Source: Oligoflexales bacterium | Lineage (GTDB): Bacteria > Bdellovibrionota_B > Oligoflexia > Oligoflexales > Bog-1112 | Direction of reading: 5' to 3' | NCBI GenBank assembly: GCA_045106415.1 | Contig: JBGCEP010000010.1 | Span: 1 to 64,000 of the forward strand | Length of the DNA: 64,000 bases | Notes under the pieces: generated by a model | The model's input: the letters and a program-made list of their open reading frames with translations, nothing else | The model's database searches: none | Told to the model about the DNA's origin: nothing | Translations under genes and position numbers: made by a program | Shown here: positions 20,559 through 30,240 of the stretch, piece after piece | Layout of the letters: every line of letters begins with the position of its first letter | Numbering within the stretch: the first letter of the stretch is position 1

Positions 20559-22154
20559 ATGGCTAAAATCCTGATTACAGGAACTTTGCACCCGAGTGCA
20601 ATTGAAGCTTTACGATCTTTGCCCGAAGCGATTGTTCTTAATAAACCAGAATGTTCCAAAGAAGAGCTCTATTCGCTTGTAGAAGATGTTGATGTTCTTG
20701 TGACTCGAAGTGAAACAGCTGTTGATGCAGATTTATTTGCAAAAGCAAAACAGCTACGGATTGTTGCAAGAGCCGCAGTGGGAGTCGCAAATATTGACTT
20801 AGCTGAAGCGACACGGCGTGGAATTCTTGTTTTAAATACTCCGGGGCAAAATACAAACTCAGCAGCAGAGCTTACCTTAGGGCTTCTTCTATCTATGTTT
20901 CGTAAGATTCCAGAGGCTCACCAGCATGTTTTAGATGGTGAGTGGGAGAGACATCGTTTTTTAGGTCATGAACTTAAAGATAAAACGATTGGAATTGTTG
21001 GGCTTGGAAATGTAGGGCATCGTGTTGCTTTATTTGCTCATGGTTTCGAGATGAGAGTTGTTGGCTATGACCCTTATATTTCTGATCAAAGGTTTAAAAA
21101 GTATGATGTTGAGCCTTGTAGGAGTTTAAAAGAACTCTGTGAACGAGTCGATGTTCTGACTGTACATACACCTTTGAATTCTGAAACTCGAGGCCTTATT
21201 GATCGAAGTCTTTTACAGATGATGAAGCCTCAAGGCTGGGTACTTAACGTCGCTCGTGGTGGTATTATTGATGAGGATGCTTTGCTCTCTTGTCTGCAGG
21301 AAGAACATATTGCAGCAGCGGGGATTGATACTTGGGTGGGAGAGCCGGAGATTTCAAAAGATCTTGTCGAGCACCCTCGTGTTTATAAGACACCACATAT
21401 TGGAGCGACAACAGTTCAAGCGCAAAAGGCTATTGCCGACGAAGTTGTTAAGCAAATTGGGAAAGCTTTGAATGGCTCAGTTGTTGATTCACCTGTTAAT
21501 TTCCCTTTATCACTTGAAGACGAAAACCCTTTAAATGCTAGTTATGCAGTTCTTGCAGAAAAGTTAGCAAGGTTTATTGGGCAGGTTCTTGACTTTCAAC
21601 CAAATCGGATGATCCTGCAGAGGCAAGGAGCGCTGGCTCAAGATGATGGTCAGTTAATAAAACTTGGTTGGATGAAAGGTTATGCTCACCATAAAGTTGA
21701 TGGATATGTTTCTTATGTGAATGCGGAAGACTGCTTTCAAAGGTTAGGTGTTTCCCTTCAATCGGAATCACCTTTATCGACCCGCAATTATCATACAAAA
21801 GGTGACTTGTGGGTGATTGTTGAAAATGATCACTCAGAGGCTTTAATGATAGGTGGTACTGTATATGATGGGCAACATATGAGGTTAACGGATCTAAATG
21901 GATTTCAATTTGATGTAAACCCTCAGGGATGTTTTCTTGTCATTGAGAATGAAGATAAACCAGGCGTGATTGGACAAATAGGAACAGTGCTAGGTCGCTG
22001 TGGTATGAATATTGATTCTTTTGACTTATCCAGAAAAACTGTGGGTGGTGATGCTATGGCGCTTATCCGTGTTGATGAGTTTCGAAAAGATGCTTTAGAT
22101 AAGCTGGCAGCTTTGCCCCATATCCGTAAAGTTAGACAAGTCTCAATCGATTAA
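20559..22154 (+). CDS. serA: D-3-phosphoglycerate dehydrogenase with ACT domain
   Basis: GIVGLGNVG, NVARGGIIDE, TPHIGA, EDKPGVIGQIG ACT domain. Confidence 0.93.
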   Translation: MAKILITGTLHPSAIEALRSLPEAIVLNKPECSKEELYSLVEDVDVLVTRSETAVDADLFAKAKQLRIVARAAVGVANIDLAEATRRGILVLNTPGQNTNSAAELTLGLLLSMFRKIPEAHQHVLDGEWERHRFLGHELKDKTIGIVGLGNVGHRVALFAHGFEMRVVGYDPYISDQRFKKYDVEPCRSLKELCERVDVLTVHTPLNSETRGLIDRSLLQMMKPQGWVLNVARGGIIDEDALLSCLQEEHIAAAGIDTWVGEPEISKDLVEHPRVYKTPHIGATTVQAQKAIADEVVKQIGKALNGSVVDSPVNFPLSLEDENPLNASYAVLAEKLARFIGQVLDFQPNRMILQRQGALAQDDGQLIKLGWMKGYAHHKVDGYVSYVNAEDCFQRLGVSLQSESPLSTRNYHTKGDLWVIVENDHSEALMIGGTVYDGQHMRLTDLNGFQFDVNPQGCFLVIENEDKPGVIGQIGTVLGRCGMNIDSFDLSRKTVGGDAMALIRVDEFRKDALDKLAALPHIRKVRQVSID

Positions 22155-22598
22155 AATGTTTTTATCAATTTGGATAGCGATATCTTGAATTTCTGAGGTT
22201 TGATCTTCATGGGTGTTTTGTAAGTCTGGTGATGCAGAAGGGTTGAGGTTTGATGCTATTTTTTCGAAAAGATCTTGCTGATATTTGAGTTGTTTCTTGA
22301 GCTGTCGATGCTGGTGATATAAGGTTGATTTTGTTTCACTTAACATCCAATCAACGGTTGCGTTATCTCTTTTTTGTTTTCTTTGAATAAACCAAAAAAA
22401 AGTCATAAGAATAATGATGTTGACTCCAGTTGATAGGGCGATGTCCTTTCTGATTTCTTGATGGACTAGGATGATTTCTTCGGAGATGTTTCGGTTTTTT
22501 ATGCTGTTTTTTTTAATAGCAGCCTGTGCAGTGAAAAAACATTCCAGAATCACTGTCGAAATTAGACAAAAAAGACATGTTTTTATGCAACGGTTCAT
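22143..22598 (-). CDS. Hypothetical membrane protein
   Basis: Two hydrophobic segments and a coiled-coil tail. Confidence 0.5.
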   Translation of the reverse strand: MNRCIKTCLFCLISTVILECFFTAQAAIKKNSIKNRNISEEIILVHQEIRKDIALSTGVNIIILMTFFWFIQRKQKRDNATVDWMLSETKSTLYHQHRQLKKQLKYQQDLFEKIASNLNPSASPDLQNTHEDQTSEIQDIAIQIDKNILID

Positions 22599-22605
22599 AA
22601 CAACC

Positions 22606-22632
22606 TTATCGGAACCTCTTTGTAGGACTGAA
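22606..22632 (-). promoter_or_regulatory. Putative sigma28-like promoter
   Basis: TTCA-N15-TCCGATAA, ending 7 nt before the ATG at 22598. Confidence 0.45.
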
Positions 22633-22649
22633 ATTTTTGGTGGAGATAT

Positions 22650-22676
22650 TTAACCCTTTGGAAAATCGTCCGATAA
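22650..22676 (+). promoter_or_regulatory. Putative sigma28 promoter for the MCP-flagellin unit
   Basis: TTAA-N15-TCCGATAA upstream of a chemoreceptor gene. Confidence 0.6.
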
Positions 22677-22716
22677 ATCTGTACAAGAACTTTGCCAATT
22701 TGAAAAGGGATTTGAT

Positions 22717-24450
22717 ATGGGCTATATCGGAGGGAAAGTCATTCTGGTGATGATGGCAGTGCCACTCGTGTTAGCTGCATTTTATCAGGTGGACTTGATC
22801 GTCAATAATGATATTTGGATGCAGTCGTTAAAAAAAGGAGAGGTTGACCCCGCATGGGCGATACAGCAGCTGGAGCTTCAAAGAGATGTCTTTTGGGTTA
22901 TGGCTGGTTGTTTAGCAATCTCTTTGTTTCTGTTGCTTGTGATTTTTATTAGTCACTCGAAAGATGGTTTTCTTGGGCATAATCTTTCCAAGTCGTCTTT
23001 GCATAGGTTGCGACAAAGGATGGAACGACTTGGCGTTGAAGTTGCAAAAATAGAAAATCTTTTTCCTTTTCGAGTGGGAGGTCGTACGACGGCTCAATCA
23101 GAGAAGAGTTTAATTTATGCAGAAAGCTATTTAAAGTCGTTAAAATCTTTTCATGGTGAGTGTATAGCGGCAGCATTAACACTAGAAAAGCTGTTAACCT
23201 CAGTAAGTCAACAAAATGAACATAATACCCAACAAGCAAGCAGATCGAAATTGGAGTGGCTGTCTTTAAGCGGTGCTCTAAAAAGTCTTCAACAGGTTCG
23301 AGCTGAAAGTCGAAATAATTTTTTAATTCTAGAAAAGTTTTGGCAAACGGGTGAGAAAGAAAATCAAGCTCTCAAAAGTAGTAGTGAGTCATTAAAAGAA
23401 AAATTGGGTGTTGTTGCTCATCACGTTGACCACTTTATGGGAAAAAGCCGTAAAGGTGATCAGATTCTTGCGGGAGCTCATCAAGATGTTGATCGTTGCC
23501 ACCAAGATGTGTTGCAAGCCACAGAGCTTGTGAACACGCTTTCACATAAAGCTGAAGAGATAGCAAATATTATTGATATTATTGATGATATAGCAGAGCA
23601 AACAAACTTGTTGGCCTTGAACGCTTCCATTGAAGCTGCCCGAGCAGGGGAACAGGGGCAAGGTTTTGCAGTTGTAGCAGATGAGGTTCGTAAGTTAGCA
23701 GCTAGATCTTCGACAGCGACTCGATCGATTACAGAGCTTCTTATGACGATTAAAAGTGAGGCAGATGAAGCATCACATATGCTAGGAAAAAGTAGTGAAT
23801 CCTCCGGTGTTGCTAATACGTCTATTGTCCGCTTTACAGAACTTTTTCGGGAGTCAATTCAATTTATACAAAAAGGACATGTCTCGCTGCATGATACGTC
23901 AGGTGTGTTGCAAAACCTTATTGAGCACATTTCAAGTATTCAAAAGCAATACCAAGATATTAACAGTACTTTTAAAATGCAAAAACATTGCATTAAAGAA
24001 GCGGATGAAGCTGGTGTTCAAGTGCATGAAAACTTTAGAAGTTTAAATGTAGTCAACGATCGTCTAACACGAACTCTTTGCCGACTTTCTTTAGATCAAG
24101 AAATGAGTGCTGAGCTCGCAAATTCTGTCCTAAGTATGCTTCATGAGATGGGTCCCCATACAGAGAAAGTTCAAGAATCTCTTTTAAAAGCAGCTTCTCG
24201 TGGAAGGTATGATGATGTGGGTTGTGAACATAAAGATATTTTATCAGATAGCTTGGGAGCTCAGCACATGCTGGTAGCTCATTGTCAAAGAGATTTAGAT
24301 ATTCTTATGAACCCAGGTATTTTGAGTCAGAAAAAATCAAAAACACCTACTCCTAAATCAACTCCGCCATCACCGAAAAATGATAGCCCATCAGATGGTG
24401 ATGGACCAGAAGATGATGATCTTATTATTGATCGTAGGTTGGCAAGTTAA
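22717..24450 (+). CDS. Methyl-accepting chemotaxis protein
   Basis: IAEQTNLLALNASIEAARAGEQGQGFAVVADEVRKLA hairpin; two N-terminal TM helices. Confidence 0.93.
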   Translation: MGYIGGKVILVMMAVPLVLAAFYQVDLIVNNDIWMQSLKKGEVDPAWAIQQLELQRDVFWVMAGCLAISLFLLLVIFISHSKDGFLGHNLSKSSLHRLRQRMERLGVEVAKIENLFPFRVGGRTTAQSEKSLIYAESYLKSLKSFHGECIAAALTLEKLLTSVSQQNEHNTQQASRSKLEWLSLSGALKSLQQVRAESRNNFLILEKFWQTGEKENQALKSSSESLKEKLGVVAHHVDHFMGKSRKGDQILAGAHQDVDRCHQDVLQATELVNTLSHKAEEIANIIDIIDDIAEQTNLLALNASIEAARAGEQGQGFAVVADEVRKLAARSSTATRSITELLMTIKSEADEASHMLGKSSESSGVANTSIVRFTELFRESIQFIQKGHVSLHDTSGVLQNLIEHISSIQKQYQDINSTFKMQKHCIKEADEAGVQVHENFRSLNVVNDRLTRTLCRLSLDQEMSAELANSVLSMLHEMGPHTEKVQESLLKAASRGRYDDVGCEHKDILSDSLGAQHMLVAHCQRDLDILMNPGILSQKKSKTPTPKSTPPSPKNDSPSDGDGPEDDDLIIDRRLAS

Positions 24451-24502
24451 CGATCGTGATTTTCTGTTTATAGCCTAGCTTCAAGGAAGAGGTGGCAATT
24501 TT

Positions 24503-25435
24503 ATGGCTTTCCGAGTGTCAGATAAAACTTTGACTCAACGCCTTAATAGGTATTTGGCGCGAGCAAAATCGAAAGAATCTGACTCATTAGAAAAGCTTTC
24601 TTCTGGTACAGTATTTACAAGTCAAGATCCTAGACCTGCAGATAGAGCTATTGCCGAGAAAATGGATTTTAGACTCAAGTCTTTGTCTTCTGCGAAAAGA
24701 AACGTAAATGATGCAATGTCATTGCTTCAGACGGCAGAGAGTTCAATGTCCGAGGTGAATAATACTATATCTAGGTTAAAAGAAATTAATTTGTCTGCAG
24801 CAAGTACAACAGTAAGCCCACAAGAACGTCGATATCTTTTTATTGAGTTTGATGCTCTGTATGATGAAATTAATCGTATCGCTTTAACTACAGAGTTTAA
24901 TGGGATTCCATTATTGAATGGTGAATCTGATGCAACTCCTGAAGAACTTATTTTTAGAGTTGGAGATCCTTTTCTTACGGATAGTGGTTTTGATTCTGAA
25001 GATATTAACACAATCCGTTTTGAGGGCTTAAGAGATGTTACAGCGACAACAGAGGCTCTTGGGTTAAAAAGCGTTCGAGACCTTCTTGACGATAGTAGTG
25101 ATGCTGCAGGTATTGATTTAGAAGACGCTGAAGATATGTTGCTGCCTGATGATGATGAGTTATTTGCAACCGTTTATGACGAAGCAATTAATAAATTATC
25201 ATCACATCGAGCTGTATTTGGAGCTTTGCAGACTCGAATGAATAAAGCTTTGGATTTTATTGATGTCTATGAAGAAAACATTGCAGCTGCAAAGTCTGTG
25301 ATTGCAGATACTGATTATGCAACAGAAGTGTCTAATTTTGTACAATCGAAAATTCAAGCATCAGCAACGACTTCACTACTGGCACAAGCCAATATTAATT
25401 CAAATCAAACTTTCCAGTTGCTAAATGCTCTGTAA
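24503..25435 (+). CDS. Flagellin-family protein (divergent, acidic)
   Basis: EKLSSG, NVNDAMSLLQTAE, TTEFNGIPLL, IADTDYATEVS, LAQAN motifs. Confidence 0.9.
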   Translation: MAFRVSDKTLTQRLNRYLARAKSKESDSLEKLSSGTVFTSQDPRPADRAIAEKMDFRLKSLSSAKRNVNDAMSLLQTAESSMSEVNNTISRLKEINLSAASTTVSPQERRYLFIEFDALYDEINRIALTTEFNGIPLLNGESDATPEELIFRVGDPFLTDSGFDSEDINTIRFEGLRDVTATTEALGLKSVRDLLDDSSDAAGIDLEDAEDMLLPDDDELFATVYDEAINKLSSHRAVFGALQTRMNKALDFIDVYEENIAAAKSVIADTDYATEVSNFVQSKIQASATTSLLAQANINSNQTFQLLNAL

Positions 25436-26138
25436 CTTCTGTGTTTGTTTGTTTTGGAAACGGTGTGATTCCAAACAAAGACTCACCCCATGGAAGGATC
25501 GGGTCCGTTGTTCCTGTATATTCGAACGCTTCTTTTCTTTCGTTGCATGACCCACATTCACCACATGGTATTTCTCCTCCTTGGTAGCAAGTCCAAGTCA
25601 GTTGTAAAGGAGCCCCAAGTTGGATGCCTAGCTCGCATATCTCACCTTTGTGCTTGTGTGTAAAAGGTGTGTGTATTGAAATGTGATTATAGGTCCCATG
25701 CCATGAAGCAAGGTTCATGGCTTGAACCCACTCTGGTCGACAATCTGGATAAATAGCATGGTCACCAGCGTGGTTTGCGAGTGCGACGCGATCTGCGTCA
25801 ATGCTTTCTGCATAGCCGACGGCGATCGATAGAAGAATACCATTTCGGTAGGGTACAACAGTTTGTCGCATGCTTTCATCTTCGTAATGGCCTAAAGGGA
25901 TTGGCCCCCCACCTATGAGAAGGTCAGAAGAAAAAAGCTTACCCAGGAATGGTAGGTCAATATTATGACAAGGGATATTGGCTTGTCGGCAAATTTCGTT
26001 TGCGCTTTTTCGTTCAGTTTCGTTGTGTTTTGAACCATAGCAGAAGTTTAAACAGACGACTTCATCCCCTTGATCAAGAAGATGATAGAGAAGAACGGTG
26101 GAATCAAGTCCCCCAGAGAAGCTTAAAACGGTTTTCAT
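25395..26138 (-). CDS. queC: 7-cyano-7-deazaguanine synthase
   Basis: SGGLDST, VPYRNG, YPDCRPE, TWTCY, CGECGSC. Confidence 0.96.
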   Translation of the reverse strand: MKTVLSFSGGLDSTVLLYHLLDQGDEVVCLNFCYGSKHNETERKSANEICRQANIPCHNIDLPFLGKLFSSDLLIGGGPIPLGHYEDESMRQTVVPYRNGILLSIAVGYAESIDADRVALANHAGDHAIYPDCRPEWVQAMNLASWHGTYNHISIHTPFTHKHKGEICELGIQLGAPLQLTWTCYQGGEIPCGECGSCNERKEAFEYTGTTDPILPWGESLFGITPFPKQTNTEVTEHLATGKFDLN

Positions 26139-26472
26139 ACTTTACCTCGCCTAGCAATAACGAGGCGAACTATAATGAATTTGTGTGAATGCTTCAATGT
26201 TTTTGTTGATGCATGGTGTTCTGGTTGGTGTCGTTTTAATAACTGATTGAATACCTTGAGCTTAAAAGAATTGATGAGTCAATCTTTCTGATGTTGCTGG
26301 TGAAGAATCGTGCGTGGAGCTATTCTTGTTTTTGTTTTATTTTTAACTGCACTGTTCCAAGAAGCTGATATGCTTTAAAGCTATCTAGTGAGCTGATTTA
26401 AAAAATCATCAAAGTATCGATTTAATTTGAATTTGAGGCTTACTTAGTTGAGGCAAGAAATAACTTCAACGT

Positions 26473-27534
26473 CTACAAACAATGGAGTCTTTCATGCCAT
26501 GAAGAAGCTAGCTTAAGAATATCATCCTGCCTCAGTGAATGGAATGTAGATAAGTCTTTTTTGTATGGAGTGACGTTTTCATTTTCATGGGTAAGTTTTT
26601 CGAGCCTTTCTATGCTTTGAGTATAACGAGTGTCATCTTTGAGGTTGTTACCAAAGCGTTTGTAAGTATGAACGAGTCGTTGAGGTGTAAAGCCATAATT
26701 ATTGTGAAAAATAAGCGAAAGTTTATGAAGCTGCGCGATTGTCATATAGTTTAAAGAAGCGACTTTGACACTGAGTTCAAAGTAATCTTGAAACCAAAAA
26801 ATAGGGTCTGTAAGAGGCTCCATAAGAACTTGTGGAGAAAGGTCAAGGTTTCGTATGCCGAGTAATGCGACTTTTGGTGGGTTAGGTATTTCGGTGTAGG
26901 GTGCGATTTTGTCAGCTGTGAGGTCGTCAATTCCCATGATTTTTAAATATTGAACAAATCCTTCTGGATTTATTTTTTTCTCTAATAAGAGGTAAATGCC
27001 TAAATAAATAAAAGGATCTGCTTCTGCATTATCTCCAAGAAAGATGAGATTTGGAGAATTTTGCATTTGCTTTAATAAACTGAGAATAGCGATTGATTTA
27101 TATGGAATTTGTTGAGTAAGGAGGTCCCAGCGACCCTTTTTAACATTATAGCTCTGATCTTTAAAGGTGTCGGAAGTCCAGTCTAAACAGTCGAGGGCCA
27201 TTTTTTCTTCCAGAACAGCTCGGAGCTGAGGAGGAGAAGAGGACACGAAATGAAGAGGGTGAGGTTCATTTTGTGAAAGTGATTCATCGCCCCAGCGAAT
27301 AGCTGAAAGAACCTCAGAAGCACCTTCAACTGTTGTTTTATCTTGTGCTTTTTCAAACGCTATTTTGGCTAGTCCGAAAATAGACTCAAAACGCGTTTCG
27401 AGCCATGTTTTATCAATATCACAGATGATATGTAGGGGGTTTTTATCCCATTGAGGGTGTTGTGTAAAACGAGTGCTTATAAGTTTTCCTGGTTCGTATT
27501 CGGAAGTAGAATTTTTTTTAAAAAAGCGTGACAT
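26473..27534 (-). CDS. App1/DUF2183-like HAD phosphatase (phosphatidate phosphatase-like)
   Basis: ICDIDKT, HFVSSSP, FLGDNAEAD motifs; start uncertain (ORF open to 27594). Confidence 0.75.
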   Translation of the reverse strand: MSRFFKKNSTSEYEPGKLISTRFTQHPQWDKNPLHIICDIDKTWLETRFESIFGLAKIAFEKAQDKTTVEGASEVLSAIRWGDESLSQNEPHPLHFVSSSPPQLRAVLEEKMALDCLDWTSDTFKDQSYNVKKGRWDLLTQQIPYKSIAILSLLKQMQNSPNLIFLGDNAEADPFIYLGIYLLLEKKINPEGFVQYLKIMGIDDLTADKIAPYTEIPNPPKVALLGIRNLDLSPQVLMEPLTDPIFWFQDYFELSVKVASLNYMTIAQLHKLSLIFHNNYGFTPQRLVHTYKRFGNNLKDDTRYTQSIERLEKLTHENENVTPYKKDLSTFHSLRQDDILKLASSWHERLHCL

Positions 27535-27728
27535 AGTAGCCCTTTTGGTTAGAGGCTTCATTTTCGGTTTAACATCAATTTTAACGTACAACAAGTTTAT
27601 GTTTGGTGTTTTTAGAAAAAATAAGAAGAGAAGTTTGTTTTCCTTTTTGTATGAAAAACATCACCTAGTTTTCTTTAGATCTTTTATGTGCTGTATGATG
27701 GAAGTATCCATTTTGGGCGAGAGGTCTT

Positions 27729-28112
27729 ATGTTGTTTGATGCTGTGGGTGTGGTGTGTGAAGATATAAAAAAGTCTTTAGTTTTTTACAAAAATCTTGAG
27801 CTTGATTTTAAGTCGTTCGGTGAGGGTGATCATTATGAAGCAACGACGTCATCAGGTGTGCGGATTATGCTTGACAGCGCAGAGCTCATAAAGTCTCTTC
27901 AGCCAGACTGGGTAAAGCCTGAAAAATCAGGAGTCTCTCTGTGTTTTCGCTTTGGGAGCCCAAGTGAGGTTGATCAAGTTTATCTAAAGATCTCAACCAT
28001 GGGCCTGGGTGGTGTGAGAGAGCCTTGGGATGCCCCTTGGGGACAGAGGTATGCCTCTATTTATGACCCGGATGGGTACCAAATTGATTTATTTGCAGAG
28101 CTTACTATGTAA
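27729..28112 (+). CDS. VOC/glyoxalase family protein
   Basis: SLVFYKNL, PWDAPWGQRYASIYDPDG. Confidence 0.9.
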   Translation: MLFDAVGVVCEDIKKSLVFYKNLELDFKSFGEGDHYEATTSSGVRIMLDSAELIKSLQPDWVKPEKSGVSLCFRFGSPSEVDQVYLKISTMGLGGVREPWDAPWGQRYASIYDPDGYQIDLFAELTM

Positions 28113-28174
28113 GCAGGTGTTTTTATCATATCGACATGACATGACATGACCTTAAGGCAGTGGAAGGGGGTATT

Positions 28175-28657
28175 ATGGATCCGAAAACTTGGAGGCATTG
28201 CCAGTATTGTGGGCAAGATTCTGTTTTTATGTGGAATCAACAACGGCGTAAGGATGGGTCGAAAGTTTATACCAACGAGAGTGGGGCTCGATGGGCTGGG
28301 AGAAGGTGCCCAGAGTGTGAAAGAAGTCGGGTAAATTCATCTGTTCGTTGCACACCGTTTGAGATGGATTTAGTTCGAAGCCAGCTTGAGCAAGGTGGGT
28401 ATAAAATTTTATCAAAATCAGTTCCACTGTTAGTGGAAAAAGATGGTCTTGAGCAAAAAGTTGGAATCCGCAGAGTTCGTGTTACGGAAGGACAGTTGGT
28501 GTTTGATCAACATGATTTAAGGCCAGCAGATTTTTATGTACTTTTATTTGCTGAGGTGCGTCTCTGCCCTTCCGATAAATTAGCAAGAATGATGCAAGGG
28601 TCCACAAGTAGGTCTCACCATAAAACTGAATCGATAGGTGAGTCGAGAGTGCCGTAG
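28175..28657 (+). CDS. Hypothetical protein with N-terminal zinc ribbon
   Basis: CQYC...CPEC pairs. Confidence 0.6.
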   Translation: MDPKTWRHCQYCGQDSVFMWNQQRRKDGSKVYTNESGARWAGRRCPECERSRVNSSVRCTPFEMDLVRSQLEQGGYKILSKSVPLLVEKDGLEQKVGIRRVRVTEGQLVFDQHDLRPADFYVLLFAEVRLCPSDKLARMMQGSTSRSHHKTESIGESRVP

Positions 28658-30198
28658 TCTTCATTATAGTGACTGCCTAAAGATCCTTTTCTTCGAATCG
28701 CACATCGAATCGTTAAGAGAGCAACTTGAGCGAGATTTCTCACCTCTAAAAGTGAGCAACAAATGTCGGAGGCCCAATATAAACTGTCAATTTTTTGGGA
28801 AATTTGTGTCATTTCACTGAGGGCATACTGGAGGTTGCAGTCTGTTCTCACAAGGCCAACGTTATTCCACATAAGGCAGCGGATAGAGTCCCATAATTGG
28901 TCAAGAGTTGCTTTTTGAGGGGGGATCGACTTACCTGAATTTTCCCAGGTAGGAAGAGTTGGATGGTGATCCAGAGGTTTTTTTTGAGAGTGTTCGACGG
29001 CTTTGCGGGCAAAAACTAAGGCTTCAATTAAGCTATTTGAAGCAAGCCTATTTGCACCATGAAGCCCAGTGCAAGAGACTTCACCCACAGCATATAGGCC
29101 TTGAATTCTTGTGTGGCTATGTTCGTCGCAAATAAGTCCGCCGACACTGTAATGAGCGGCAGGCACAACAGGAATCATATCTTTGCGAATATCAATACCA
29201 AGCTTTAAGCAGGTCTGAAAAACATTCGGGAAGTATTCAATTGGATCTCTCTCTAATTTCCGAGCATCTAGCCACACGTGAGAACTCTGTGATTGTGCAA
29301 TCTGTTGATGGATGGCGCGAGCGACGATATCTCTTGGAGCTAGGCTTCCCATCGGATGGTGCTTCTTTATGAAATCTTCACCCTTGTTGTTGCGTAGAAT
29401 GGCACCTTCCCCACGTAAAGCCTCTGTAATGAGAAAGCTACGTGCCTTTGGGTGGTAAAGGCATGTTGGATGAAACTGCATGAATTCCAGGTTTGCAACT
29501 TTACAGCCAGCGCGCCATCCCATGGCAAGCCCATCTCCTGTTGCAGCAGGAGGGTTTGAGGTATAGCGATACAGTCTGCCGTGACCACCGCTACAAAGGA
29601 AGGTGTGTCTGGCTTGTATAGTGATGACCTTTGCCGTTTTAGGGCAATAAACATAAGCTCCTAGACATCTATTGTGAGAGAAGTGAGGTGCGAATTTATC
29701 AGTCGTCATGAAGTCGATGGCGAAAGTGTTTTCCATAATTTGTATATTTGGGTTTTTAAGAACCTTCTGACGTAGGGTTTGTATAAGCTCTTGCCCAGTG
29801 AAATCATGTGCGTGGATCACTCTTCTGTGAGAGTGTCCACCTTCTTTTGTGAGGTGCCACTGTTCAGCGTCTTTTGTAAACGGCATGCCTAGGTGAATCA
29901 ACTCTTGGATTTCTCGAGGTCCGTTTTCAACAACCATTTTGACGATGTTTGGGTTATTGAGATTGTGTCCAGCTTTCATTGTGTCTTGAATGTGGTTGTC
30001 AAAGCTATCTGTTTCACAAAGGACTGAAGCGATGCCACCTTGAGCGTATAAGCTGTTGCTTTCACCAATTGTGCTTTTGCATACTAAAACAACCTTTGTT
30101 TTTTCAGATAGTTGCAAAGCTGCGCTGAGGCCGGCAACCCCGCTTCCAATAACAAGGTTGTCGGTTGTTTCTCTAAGATGTATCTTCGATGTGTTCAT
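28615..30198 (-). CDS. nadB: L-aspartate oxidase
   Basis: GSGVAGL, AQGGIA, EGGHSHRRVIH, QFHPT, TEALRGEG, HGANRLASNSL. Confidence 0.96.
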   Translation of the reverse strand: MNTSKIHLRETTDNLVIGSGVAGLSAALQLSEKTKVVLVCKSTIGESNSLYAQGGIASVLCETDSFDNHIQDTMKAGHNLNNPNIVKMVVENGPREIQELIHLGMPFTKDAEQWHLTKEGGHSHRRVIHAHDFTGQELIQTLRQKVLKNPNIQIMENTFAIDFMTTDKFAPHFSHNRCLGAYVYCPKTAKVITIQARHTFLCSGGHGRLYRYTSNPPAATGDGLAMGWRAGCKVANLEFMQFHPTCLYHPKARSFLITEALRGEGAILRNNKGEDFIKKHHPMGSLAPRDIVARAIHQQIAQSQSSHVWLDARKLERDPIEYFPNVFQTCLKLGIDIRKDMIPVVPAAHYSVGGLICDEHSHTRIQGLYAVGEVSCTGLHGANRLASNSLIEALVFARKAVEHSQKKPLDHHPTLPTWENSGKSIPPQKATLDQLWDSIRCLMWNNVGLVRTDCNLQYALSEMTQISQKIDSLYWASDICCSLLEVRNLAQVALLTIRCAIRRKGSLGSHYNEDYGTLDSPIDSVLW

Positions 30199-30240
30199 AA
30201 TTTATCCACTTGATTGATGTGTGGGTAAGAAGGAGGAAAA

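Noticed and set aside
25395..26138. QueC-based defence or DNA-modification system (Dpd, QatC)
   Set aside because: Canonical-length QueC with no dpd or qat neighbours
26139..26470. preQ1 riboswitch or small RNA upstream of queC
   Set aside because: No recognisable P1 stem with A-rich tail; cannot be supported without a covariance search
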